From assembly GCA_003599635.1 (NCBI GenBank), contig QZIX01000002.1, forward strand, positions 18,224 through 82,223: DNA of 64,000 nt, read 5' to 3'. Positions within the stretch are counted from its first letter, which is position 1, and every line of letters starts with the position of its first letter. Under the pieces are notes generated by a model. That model was not told where the DNA came from and did no database searches. It saw only the letters and a list, made by a program, of their open reading frames with translations. The position numbers were made by a program, and so were the translations under genes. This document shows, one piece after another, positions 10,229-17,890 of this stretch. Source of the DNA: Candidatus Parcubacteria bacterium (GTDB lineage: Bacteria; Patescibacteriota; Patescibacteriia; Buchananbacterales; SURF-54).

Positions 10229-10246
10229 AATATAAAAACGACTCGG

Positions 10247-10930
10247 TTAAAGAGGCGTTTTTGAGTTATTCGATTTAACTTTTTTGTAAAGCCAGTAGGA
10301 ATAAATTATCGGCACTAAAGCAATTATAACGATTCCGGCCATAAATATAATCCAGTAAAGCTGCTGATTAGGCAGAAATGCGCCCAAGATCAAAAACAGG
10401 CCAAGCAGCATAAACAATTTCCCTCCCAGGCGGTGCGTTTTGTTCCAAACTTCTTCCGAAGACAATGTCCAGGGCGTTCTGATGCCAAAAAACCAGTTTG
10501 ACTTTATTTTACCCATATAATTACCCATCACCATAAATAGAATTCCTATGGCCGGAGGAATTATGTAATTAATCGATAAGTCATAACCCATGCCGGCCAA
10601 CCCGACATAAAAATAAATCAGCGTCAGAACGGCGATCAAAATGTCCTTAAATATGTGATAGACTTTGGAAAATTCCACATAACGGTCTTTTTTAGGATCG
10701 ATATAAGGTATGGCCAGAAACAACAGATAAAGACCCGCATTTAATGCCGGAAAGAAAAAAGCTGCAAATGTTTTTGGTGAATAATCATCAATTTCTCCCC
10801 GATAATTCCAGTGGGTCGGTACTTGTTCAGGAAAATTTGCGTAAAAATAAAAGCTGGCAACTAAAGATGTCAATAAAAGCGCAATTGGCAGTATTTCGGT
10901 TTTAAACGATAATTTGATTGGGTTTGGCAT
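10247..10930 (-). CDS. SdpI/YhfL-family membrane protein (DUF1648 + SdpI domains)
   Basis: Contains PEQVPTHWNYRGEIDDY (DUF1648-like) and NWFFGIRTPWTLSSEEVWNKTHR (SdpI-like); polytopic. Confidence 0.8.
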   Translation of the reverse strand: MPNPIKLSFKTEILPIALLLTSLVASFYFYANFPEQVPTHWNYRGEIDDYSPKTFAAFFFPALNAGLYLLFLAIPYIDPKKDRYVEFSKVYHIFKDILIAVLTLIYFYVGLAGMGYDLSINYIIPPAIGILFMVMGNYMGKIKSNWFFGIRTPWTLSSEEVWNKTHRLGGKLFMLLGLFLILGAFLPNQQLYWIIFMAGIVIIALVPIIYSYWLYKKVKSNNSKTPL

Positions 10931-10935
10931 AGGAT

Positions 10936-11205
10936 TTAATCATTTTTTTTAAAAAAATTATAAAGGTCTTTGGAAATCTCCTCAAAAACCGACAAATTCA
11001 GCGAGTATATGATTTGCTGCCCCTTTCTTCTGGTAGTTACAAGGTTGGCATTTTTTAAAGTGTTCAGATGATGCGACAGCGAAGGCAAAGTAATGTCAAA
11101 ATTAACGGCGATTTCATTAACGGCCAAATCCTTTTTTTTAAGCAATTCCAGTATCTGGCGACGGGTTTTATCGCTTAAAGCTTGAAAAGTTAAAGATAGA
11201 GTCAT
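10936..11205 (-). CDS. ArsR/SmtB-family transcriptional regulator (SdpR-like)
   Basis: 89 aa winged HTH (ALSDKTRRQILELL...EIAVNFDITLPSLSHHLNTLKNANLV). Forms an operon with the SdpI-like gene. Confidence 0.85.
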   Translation of the reverse strand: MTLSLTFQALSDKTRRQILELLKKKDLAVNEIAVNFDITLPSLSHHLNTLKNANLVTTRRKGQQIIYSLNLSVFEEISKDLYNFFKKND

Positions 11206-11233
11206 ATTTAGATATTAAGACAACTATCTAAAT
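11206..11233. promoter_or_regulatory. perfect 9-10-9 inverted repeat, candidate ArsR-family operator
   Basis: ATTTAGATA-N10-TATCTAAAT lies between the -10 box and the arsR ATG. Confidence 0.5.
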
Positions 11234-11266
11234 ATTATCATATCAGATATATTAATCAACTGTAAC

Positions 11267-11275
11267 TTATCCACA
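11267..11275 (-). promoter_or_regulatory. perfect DnaA-box 9-mer upstream of the arsR-sdpI promoter
   Basis: On the minus strand, TGTGGATAA lies 7 nt upstream of TTGATT (11259..11254)-16-TAATAT (11237..11232). Confidence 0.5.
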
Positions 11276-11478
11276 GATTAAAAACTGTAACTATTCTTTC
11301 TAATTTACGTCTAAAATATGAACCAGCAAAACATGCAAAATTAGTTTGCTTTTTTGCAGAATAGATGTTAAGTTTATTTGTTCATTTAAATGGTTATCTC
11401 TCTTAAACTGTTGATTACTGTCGTTAGTTTCAGGGAGATAAAAATAATCCACGATGGCCGGAACGGTCCACCGGCGCA

Positions 11479-11679
11479 ATGAGATTAGTTCTCCCGTTAA
11501 TTATTAATGCGAAATTTATGTATCAAGCATTACGGGGAGGACTCACTCTTGCAGTTCTAATCATCGTGGTTGGAGCTTTTTTGCCGCAAGTGGGGCAAAA
11601 ACTGGTCGAAATTATCATTATTATTCTTGATCTAATACTGGAAGGATTAAACCAGATTTCTGCCACACTACCGCATTAA
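11479..11679 (+). CDS. hypothetical small hydrophobic protein (doubtful)
   Basis: 66-codon ORF with no SD, followed by a hairpin. Supported only by ORF length and hydrophobicity. Confidence 0.2.
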   Translation: MRLVLPLIINAKFMYQALRGGLTLAVLIIVVGAFLPQVGQKLVEIIIIILDLILEGLNQISATLPH

Positions 11680-11750
11680 ACTTTCAAGGGGCATGACTTT
11701 TAGTCAGGCCTCTTTCATTTAAAAGTAAAAAATAAACCATTTTGCTTCAT

Positions 11751-12950
11751 TTATTGAAGTTTGTAAATTACCTTGACGCTTTTTCTGTAGCCGACGCGGT
11801 CCTTGGCATATTCCCCCGTCCCCCACATCTGCCCGTAAGCAATCGTATAGTCGCCGTATTTGTCGTTTATTTTGTCCATAGTCTGGGCAATATTTTTTTT
11901 GCTCAAAACGTCATTAAATAAATTCATTTGTCTGGAAAGGCCGGAAAAATTGCCGACGGAAACGGCCAGCATTCTTATTTTTTGACCGATCTTTTTGGCT
12001 AAAAAAATTTTTGCCGCCAAATTATAGATATCAATGGTGATAAACAGCTTTTCCGGAACTTTAAAAATTTTATAGAACCCGCCACTGGATACGTAAGACC
12101 AGTAAAGCGACATACTTTTGGCTTCCAGCTTCTGTTCCCGCAGGCGGCGGCCGACTTTTTCGCATAATTTCATTAATACTGACAAATGATAATTGGTATC
12201 TGTTGTGTGTTTAGGCAAGCAGTAGCTGTGGCCGATTGATTTGGGTTTTATTTCATCCTGTGTTTTTACCCCTTCAAGTTCAATGCCATTGACATTGGCC
12301 CATAAAAAATAACCGGGTTTGCCTAAAGCAGTCAGAATATTTTGCACCGGATAGTTTTTTAAATCGTTTAAATTGTAAATACCCAGACGGTTAAGGCGGT
12401 TTTCCATGCGGAAATTAATGCCCCAGGCATCGGTTAGCTTCACCCGGGAGTAAATTTTGGGCGCTTTTTTCGGCGTAATAATATTTACGGAATCCGGCTT
12501 GGCAATATCAGCGATAAATTTTGCCAGCCATCGTGTAGTGGAAATGCCGATTTTGCTTTTTAACCATTCTCCGACTTCTTTTTTTATCCTTGTTTGGATC
12601 TGCCGGCCGATTTTTTGGGCCAAAGACAGGCTTTGGCAGTAACCGGTCAGGTCCATAAACGCTTCGTCTATGCTATAGGGTTCGATTCTTTCGGTATAAT
12701 CGGCTAAAATCGAAAAAATTTTTTCCGTTGTGGACCGGTATTTGGCAGGTTCGTTTTCTATTAAAATCACATCAGAATGTATTTTTTTAGCTTCTTTGAC
12801 CCGGCAGCCGGTGGTGATGCCCAGTTTTTTAGCTTCGATTGATGAGGCGATAATGCAGCCGTTAGGCGCCAGATAAGCGCAGACGCCAACGGGTTTCCCG
12901 CGCAAAAAAGGATTAGCCTGCTGTTCAACGGAAGCGAAATATGAATTCAT
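11751..12950 (-). CDS. dinB: DNA polymerase IV (Y-family); the real start is probably upstream at a non-ATG codon
   Basis: MNSYFASVEQ...GKPVGVC... is the Y-family palm. In-frame codons upstream of the ATG read KIVLHID, completing the conserved hID(M)D strand. The upstream stop is at 12993-12995. Confidence 0.9.
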   Translation of the reverse strand: MNSYFASVEQQANPFLRGKPVGVCAYLAPNGCIIASSIEAKKLGITTGCRVKEAKKIHSDVILIENEPAKYRSTTEKIFSILADYTERIEPYSIDEAFMDLTGYCQSLSLAQKIGRQIQTRIKKEVGEWLKSKIGISTTRWLAKFIADIAKPDSVNIITPKKAPKIYSRVKLTDAWGINFRMENRLNRLGIYNLNDLKNYPVQNILTALGKPGYFLWANVNGIELEGVKTQDEIKPKSIGHSYCLPKHTTDTNYHLSVLMKLCEKVGRRLREQKLEAKSMSLYWSYVSSGGFYKIFKVPEKLFITIDIYNLAAKIFLAKKIGQKIRMLAVSVGNFSGLSRQMNLFNDVLSKKNIAQTMDKINDKYGDYTIAYGQMWGTGEYAKDRVGYRKSVKVIYKLQ

Positions 12951-13029
12951 ATCAATGTGGAGGACGATTTTTGGGCTGATAGGTTTGAAATTTATGAGTT
13001 AAAATGTTAAGGCAGCTAATAAAGCGAAA

Positions 13030-13074
13030 AGCGATACAGCGATTGAAGTTTTAAACTTTTTCGCTATAATCGCT
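13030..13074 (-). other. long imperfect hairpin between the 82-aa ORF and dinB
   Basis: On the minus strand, AGCGAT-TAT-AGCGA ... TCGCT-GT-ATCGCT, followed by a T-rich run. Confidence 0.4.
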
Positions 13075-13094
13075 ATATTAAATTTATCGCTTGA

Positions 13095-13343
13095 TTACCC
13101 TTCGCAATACATTTCTTCCAGCCGCCATTGCAGATTATTGGTGTTGAAAGACAGCTTAAAGTAAGTGGTTTTGTCGGTTACGTTAAAATAATAAATTTTG
13201 CCTTGGCCGTTTTTTTGATAATGGATCAGATTTAATTTTTCAATTTTGTATTTTTTGTTCCGGTGTTTAAAATAAAGCGGCTGGATTTTAGTCCCCTTAA
13301 AGAAAACCAAAACTTCAATCGGCTGGTTAATTTTTTCATACAT
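13095..13343 (-). CDS. hypothetical protein (82 aa) between lexA and dinB
   Basis: Clean ORF with TATAAT 8 nt upstream of the ATG. No recognisable motif. Confidence 0.4.
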   Translation of the reverse strand: MYEKINQPIEVLVFFKGTKIQPLYFKHRNKKYKIEKLNLIHYQKNGQGKIYYFNVTDKTTYFKLSFNTNNLQWRLEEMYCEG

Positions 13344-13625
13344 AACTAAATATTATATAAGGCGTTTTTTTGGATTAAAACCATTTTGTTCTTGTATACT
13401 CGTTCCTTTTTGAGCAATTTTTTATAGCTTGTTTTAAACATACAGTTAAAATAATGTTTCCATAAAAACTTTTTAATTGATTTTGGCATAGTTTTATTTT
13501 TAGTTTATTATTTAATTTAGTTATTTTCTGTCGTTTTGCCAACGACTTCCCTTTATTAATTTTAAAAATTCTAAATACTAATGTCTAAATCTCAAACAAT
13601 AGTGAGGAGCGGCGTTTTATTCATT

Positions 13626-14240
13626 TTATATAGTTTTATATTTTCTGATAACCGCCTTAACTATTCCCTGAATCAGCGGATCCTTGGCAAAAATGGGTTT
13701 CATTTGCGAATTTGCCGGCTGCAGACGGATTTTATCTTTTTCACGATAGAATTTTTTTAAAGTGGCATAGGCGTTATCAAGCAATGCCACGACCACATCG
13801 CCGTTTCTGGGGCTGGGGTTTCTTTCCACTATCACATAATCACCGTCTAATATGCCTTCATCTATCATTGATCTGCCCTTAACCTGTAAAACATAGGAAT
13901 TGGCAGCATCTGCTACCAAGTCAGCCGGTACGCCGATGGCTTCGTTATTTTCTATTGCTTCGATCGGTTCACCTGCCGCTATCAGGCCCACTAAAGGCAA
14001 ATTAAGAGCATTAGCCAGCCGCATTACTTTAGGCGTGACTTCAATTGACCTTTTTTCATTAAAACCGCCTTTTAAATAACCTTTGTCTTTTAAAGCCTGG
14101 ACATGCTGATGGACAGTCGCCGGTGAGGATAAGTTGAAATGCCGGCCGATTTCCAAATAAGAAGGTGAAATCCCCTGTTCCTTAATATAAACAGCAATAA
14201 AATCGACAATTTCTTTTTGTTTTTTGGTAGGTTTTTCCAT
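13626..14240 (-). CDS. lexA: LexA repressor
   Basis: N-terminal winged HTH. The C-terminal S24 peptidase has VKGRSMIDEGILDGDYVIV (Ser nucleophile) and ATLKKF (Lys). Confidence 0.9.
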   Translation of the reverse strand: MEKPTKKQKEIVDFIAVYIKEQGISPSYLEIGRHFNLSSPATVHQHVQALKDKGYLKGGFNEKRSIEVTPKVMRLANALNLPLVGLIAAGEPIEAIENNEAIGVPADLVADAANSYVLQVKGRSMIDEGILDGDYVIVERNPSPRNGDVVVALLDNAYATLKKFYREKDKIRLQPANSQMKPIFAKDPLIQGIVKAVIRKYKTI

Positions 14241-14246
14241 AATTTA

Positions 14247-14276
14247 ATTATATACCGAAAGAAAACCGAAAGTCAA
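14247..14276 (-). promoter_or_regulatory. lexA promoter (TTGACT-18-TATAAT), probably near-leaderless
   Basis: The -10 ends 6 nt before the ATG. The spacer holds the direct repeat CTTTCGGT...CTTTCGGT (TTCG-N7-TTCG). Confidence 0.5.
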
Positions 14277-14284
14277 TGCTTAGT

Positions 14285-14293
14285 TGTGGATAA
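14285..14293 (+). promoter_or_regulatory. perfect DnaA-box 9-mer upstream of the rrf2 promoter
   Basis: Exact 9-mer, 7 nt upstream of TTGACA (14301-14306). Confidence 0.5.
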
Positions 14294-14300
14294 ATCCGTT

Positions 14301-14329
14301 TTGACAATAAATTAATCTAGGACTAAAAT
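14301..14329 (+). promoter_or_regulatory. rrf2-hemerythrin promoter (TTGACA-17-TAAAAT)
   Basis: Consensus -35 with 17-nt spacing. Confidence 0.6.
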
Positions 14330-14339
14330 AGTCTTAGAT
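14315..14339. promoter_or_regulatory. 11-3-11 imperfect palindrome, candidate Rrf2 (or LexA) operator
   Basis: ATCTAGGACTA-AAA-TAGTCTTAGAT has 1 arm mismatch and overlaps the -10 box. Confidence 0.5.
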
Positions 14340-14359
14340 ACTTAATAATAAAATCATTT

Positions 14360-14782
14360 ATGAAACTCAATCAAAAAATAGAATATGCCCTTTTGGGTAT
14401 GATTAATCTGGCCCGAACTGATTTTATAGCCAAAAAAGTCAGTTTGATTGCCAGAGAAGAAAGATTGTCAGCCGTTTTTCTGGCCAAAGTATTCCAGGAT
14501 TTAAGCCGGGCCGGGCTTGTCATGTCTGTTTTCGGCCCGCATGGCGGCTTTTCATTGATCAAAAAACCGGAAAAAATAACCTTAAAAATGGTAATAGCCG
14601 CCATAAATAACAGTTATTTTTCCCCTTGTTACCGACAAAAAGAATTTGTCTGCACTAAAAAAAACTGCCTTCTTCGCCCCGTACTGCTGCAAGCTGATAC
14701 TGTCCTGGAAAATTTTTATGAAAATGTGACTTTAGCTCAATTAATTACTAAATCCCCTGCCTTAACCAAAGCCGGGGTTTAA
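14360..14782 (+). CDS. Rrf2-family transcriptional regulator (NsrR/IscR-like, with a Cys cluster)
   Basis: N-terminal KIEYALLGMINLAR wHTH. C-terminal Cys residues (SPCYRQKEFVCTKKNC) sit where Rrf2 proteins bind Fe-S. Confidence 0.85.
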   Translation: MKLNQKIEYALLGMINLARTDFIAKKVSLIAREERLSAVFLAKVFQDLSRAGLVMSVFGPHGGFSLIKKPEKITLKMVIAAINNSYFSPCYRQKEFVCTKKNCLLRPVLLQADTVLENFYENVTLAQLITKSPALTKAGV

Positions 14783-14791
14783 GAAAAAAAT

Positions 14792-15388
14792 ATGAAAAGC
14801 GATATTCAAAAAAACAGCCACAATTTAAAAACGAAAATTATTGATGCCACAGCCGAAATGAAAAAGTGTCATCAGGAAGTCTTAAAACATCTTGACGGCC
14901 TTCAGAATTTAAAAGAAACAATAATTAAAAAAAATTTGCCGGTTTCAGCCATTAAGAATGAATGGGATAAATTTAATGATTTTGCCAATACCAGTCTTTT
15001 GCTTCATACCAGAGACGAAGAACAGGCGCTGTTCCCGCTGCTTGAGCCGAAACTTTGCAACCACGCCTGTATCGGCACCGGCTCCATTACGCCGGTGGAA
15101 ATGATGATGACCGATCATAAAAATATTCATGCTGCAATCGAAGTAATAAATTACCTGACCAAACTTTTGGGCAAAAAGGAGGTCAGCAATGAATTGTCCT
15201 TCGTGTTAAAAAATGAAATGGCCGCAAGAATGGCAATGATAATAAAAACCATGCGCAATCATATCTGGAAAGAAGACAATGTTCTTTACCAGATTGCCCG
15301 GTCGGAATTGTCCTTTGAGGAATTGGACAAAGTCAGTCAAAAAATGGTTGTTTTTCGCAGCCAGTCTGATTTTATCTGCCTGCATTAA
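14792..15388 (+). CDS. hemerythrin-like (HHE cation-binding) domain protein
   Basis: His/Glu pattern HTRDEEQALFPLLE, MMTDHKNIHAAIE and HIWKEDNVLY. Cotranscribed with the Rrf2 gene. Confidence 0.6.
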   Translation: MKSDIQKNSHNLKTKIIDATAEMKKCHQEVLKHLDGLQNLKETIIKKNLPVSAIKNEWDKFNDFANTSLLLHTRDEEQALFPLLEPKLCNHACIGTGSITPVEMMMTDHKNIHAAIEVINYLTKLLGKKEVSNELSFVLKNEMAARMAMIIKTMRNHIWKEDNVLYQIARSELSFEELDKVSQKMVVFRSQSDFICLH

Positions 15389-15433
15389 AGAAGTTTTTAG
15401 TATGTGCTATAATTCAGACAGCAAAATAATCCT

Positions 15434-16159
15434 ATGGCGCTTAAAAAATTCGTTCCCAAAAAAGAAATTATCGGATTTTTAAACAAGATAACCCGTTATG
15501 GTCTGACCAGTGAAGTAAAAAATAATCTAAGAAAAAAGGGGTTTAGTTTTGATGCCAGAGGATGGAGCAAGGAAAAACTCCGTCAGGCTGAGCAACATCT
15601 TAAGGAAGGTGATGATCTGAAACTTGGCATGGGTGATTTGGGCCTTAAAAAAGAGGAAAATACCTACTTCAGGAAGAATCTGTCTGCCACCAGTTCAAAA
15701 CAAACATCGGTTAGTAAAGATGAAATCCTAAGACTAAGCGGAACATTTCAAGGCAGGAAAAAACTTTCAAAAATAGCAAAACAGACCTCAAGCCGAGACC
15801 TGGCCCACAATATTTTACGAATTCTTGAAAAAAAAACGCCCGCCGGGCATTTGACAGCGGAACAGCTGTGGCAACTTAATCCGGCGGAACTTGAAGAAAA
15901 ACTTTCACAGCTTGAAAACAGCTCCGGCTCAAGCAAAGATGAAATTGAAAATGTAAGAAAAATCTTAAATACCAAAAGAAACCGAATTATTGCTGAAGGA
16001 AACGTGTCGGAAAATCAAAAAACAAAAAGCGGCAGGGACGTTATTGAAGAAATACTTCACGGCGATGACAACCATAAGCCGGATGACAGACAGCAGAATA
16101 AACCGCTGCCGCCCTTATTTGACGAACGCAAACTGCCGGGAAGCGGCATGTTCGACTGA
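15434..16159 (+). CDS. hypothetical charged/low-complexity protein
   Basis: 241-aa ORF rich in Lys, Ser and Glu. No motif recognised. Confidence 0.4.
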   Translation: MALKKFVPKKEIIGFLNKITRYGLTSEVKNNLRKKGFSFDARGWSKEKLRQAEQHLKEGDDLKLGMGDLGLKKEENTYFRKNLSATSSKQTSVSKDEILRLSGTFQGRKKLSKIAKQTSSRDLAHNILRILEKKTPAGHLTAEQLWQLNPAELEEKLSQLENSSGSSKDEIENVRKILNTKRNRIIAEGNVSENQKTKSGRDVIEEILHGDDNHKPDDRQQNKPLPPLFDERKLPGSGMFD

Positions 16160-16588
16160 TTATCTGAAGTAGTATTTTTTAAGCCACCAAATTACGCCGA
16201 AGCTGAAAAAAGCCGCGAAAACGTTGTACCATGTGTACTCTGTTTCAAAAAAATAAGGCATAATCAAAATTACCAGGCCGCAGACAAATGCAGCCAGTTC
16301 ATGCCTTAAAAGATCAAAATAAGTCAGAGATACGTTAAATATATTATCCCCTGTTTGGCGGGATTTTTTTGACTGGCGCAAATTATAACTTGTGGCTTTG
16401 GCTCCGCCTAAAATGAAAACGGCAAGCGGCGCAATGTATTTGGCAAGCAGAATGCCCAAATCGTCAATGTCCTTGTAAAATTTTATGTAAGCGGCCAGAA
16501 ACAAAAAAAAGCCGAGCCATAACCCCAGAATAATGAATTCCTTTAAATTTTTGAAAATAATATTTTCTTCTTTATTCATATATGTCAA
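16160..16588 (-). CDS. hypothetical membrane protein
   Basis: 142 aa with about 4 hydrophobic segments. Downstream of the M23 peptidase gene on the same strand. Confidence 0.4.
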   Translation of the reverse strand: MTYMNKEENIIFKNLKEFIILGLWLGFFLFLAAYIKFYKDIDDLGILLAKYIAPLAVFILGGAKATSYNLRQSKKSRQTGDNIFNVSLTYFDLLRHELAAFVCGLVILIMPYFFETEYTWYNVFAAFFSFGVIWWLKKYYFR

Positions 16589-16594
16589 TTATAT

Positions 16595-17833
16595 TTATGG
16601 CAGATATTCCAAGGGATTGACCGGTATGCCGTTTGATCGGACCTCGAAGTGAAGATGAGGGCCGGAAGTCAATTTTCCCGCCCCGGGGGTTTTGGGTTTG
16701 CCGCCGCTCAATGCAATTATGTCGCCCTTGTTAACGTATTGGTCTTCCTTAACCAAAATTTTGGAAACATGTCCGTAAACAGTGGAAAAACCGTCATTAT
16801 GAATTATCATGATATAACTGTAACCCATGCCTGCATCCTTGGCGCGGGCCACATATCCGCTTTCGGCGGCTTTTACCGAAGTCCCCTGCGAAGCGCGGAT
16901 GTCAATTGCCGGGTGTTCGAAAATGTAGCGATAGGGATAATCGGGATCATGGAAATATGCAGTGACGTATTTGCTGGGCACCGGCCAGATGAATTTTGCC
17001 GGCCCGAATCCCTTGAATTTTTCCTGGGCTTCTCTTTTTTCCAGTTCGTCACGAATTTTTCTTTCCAGCGTGGTTATTTCGGCGTTTATCTGCTGTTCTT
17101 CCAGTTTCAATTTGTATACCAGGTCCTTAAATTGAATTTCCGATTGTTTTGACTGTACAAGGAGCTCGCCTTTGACGAACCGTTTTTCGTCCAAATTGTC
17201 CCGGTGTTCTTTCAGCTCGTCAATCAATTTTTCATTATCCGTTTTTTTTGCTTCCATTTCGGATTTGTCAGCCTGCAGGGTTGCTTTTAAGTCAGTGACT
17301 TTTTGCAGAGTATTTTTTACATCATTCTGCATCTGGTAAAGGTATTCCACCTGATCGAAAAATTCAGAAAATGATCTTTTCTGCAGCAATACCTCAAGGT
17401 AACTTTTTTTATCGTTGATGTTGATAGTTCTTATATATTCGGCCAAATATTTTTTTTGATTTTGTATATTCTTTTCCGTTTTTACGATTTCAGATTCCAA
17501 TTTGCTGATTTCCAGGTTTAATTTTTCAATTTCAAGACTTGTCCTTTCTATATCAAGTTCATTTTTTTTGATTTCATTTTCAAGTATTGCCAGTTGATTT
17601 TTTAAACTTAAGCTTTCCGATTGCTTTTGTTTGATTTGCTTATTGTATTGGTCGATTTTTTCCTTAATAGAATCGATGGCCTTTTTTTTAAGGTCTATAT
17701 CTTCGTTGTATTCATCAACTGAATCGGCTCCGAAAACCGGGGTTGTCCCGGCGATAAAAAAAACAGCCATAAATACGGCTGCAGTCAAAAAAACCGCAAA
17801 AAATATTTTTTTGTTTTTGTTTATAACCGCCAT
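16595..17833 (-). CDS. M23-family peptidoglycan DD-metalloendopeptidase with a long coiled coil (EnvC-like architecture)
   Basis: Signal/TM segment, about 250 aa of coiled coil, then an M23 core (HPAIDIRASQGT...GHVSKILV...GPHLHFEV). Confidence 0.85.
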   Translation of the reverse strand: MAVINKNKKIFFAVFLTAAVFMAVFFIAGTTPVFGADSVDEYNEDIDLKKKAIDSIKEKIDQYNKQIKQKQSESLSLKNQLAILENEIKKNELDIERTSLEIEKLNLEISKLESEIVKTEKNIQNQKKYLAEYIRTININDKKSYLEVLLQKRSFSEFFDQVEYLYQMQNDVKNTLQKVTDLKATLQADKSEMEAKKTDNEKLIDELKEHRDNLDEKRFVKGELLVQSKQSEIQFKDLVYKLKLEEQQINAEITTLERKIRDELEKREAQEKFKGFGPAKFIWPVPSKYVTAYFHDPDYPYRYIFEHPAIDIRASQGTSVKAAESGYVARAKDAGMGYSYIMIIHNDGFSTVYGHVSKILVKEDQYVNKGDIIALSGGKPKTPGAGKLTSGPHLHFEVRSNGIPVNPLEYLP

Positions 17834-17890
17834 TAACTTAATTATAACATAAGTTTACGGCAATTTCCATCGGATTGTCCTCTGCTAAAT

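Noticed and set aside
11394-11441. 9-bp stem (TTATCTCTC/GGGAGATAA) with a 30-nt loop in the 273-bp gap upstream of ORF 11479..11679, considered as a small RNA or riboswitch
   Set aside because: It is a single weak hairpin with no recognisable conserved riboswitch core, and the downstream ORF is itself doubtful. It cannot be supported without comparative data.
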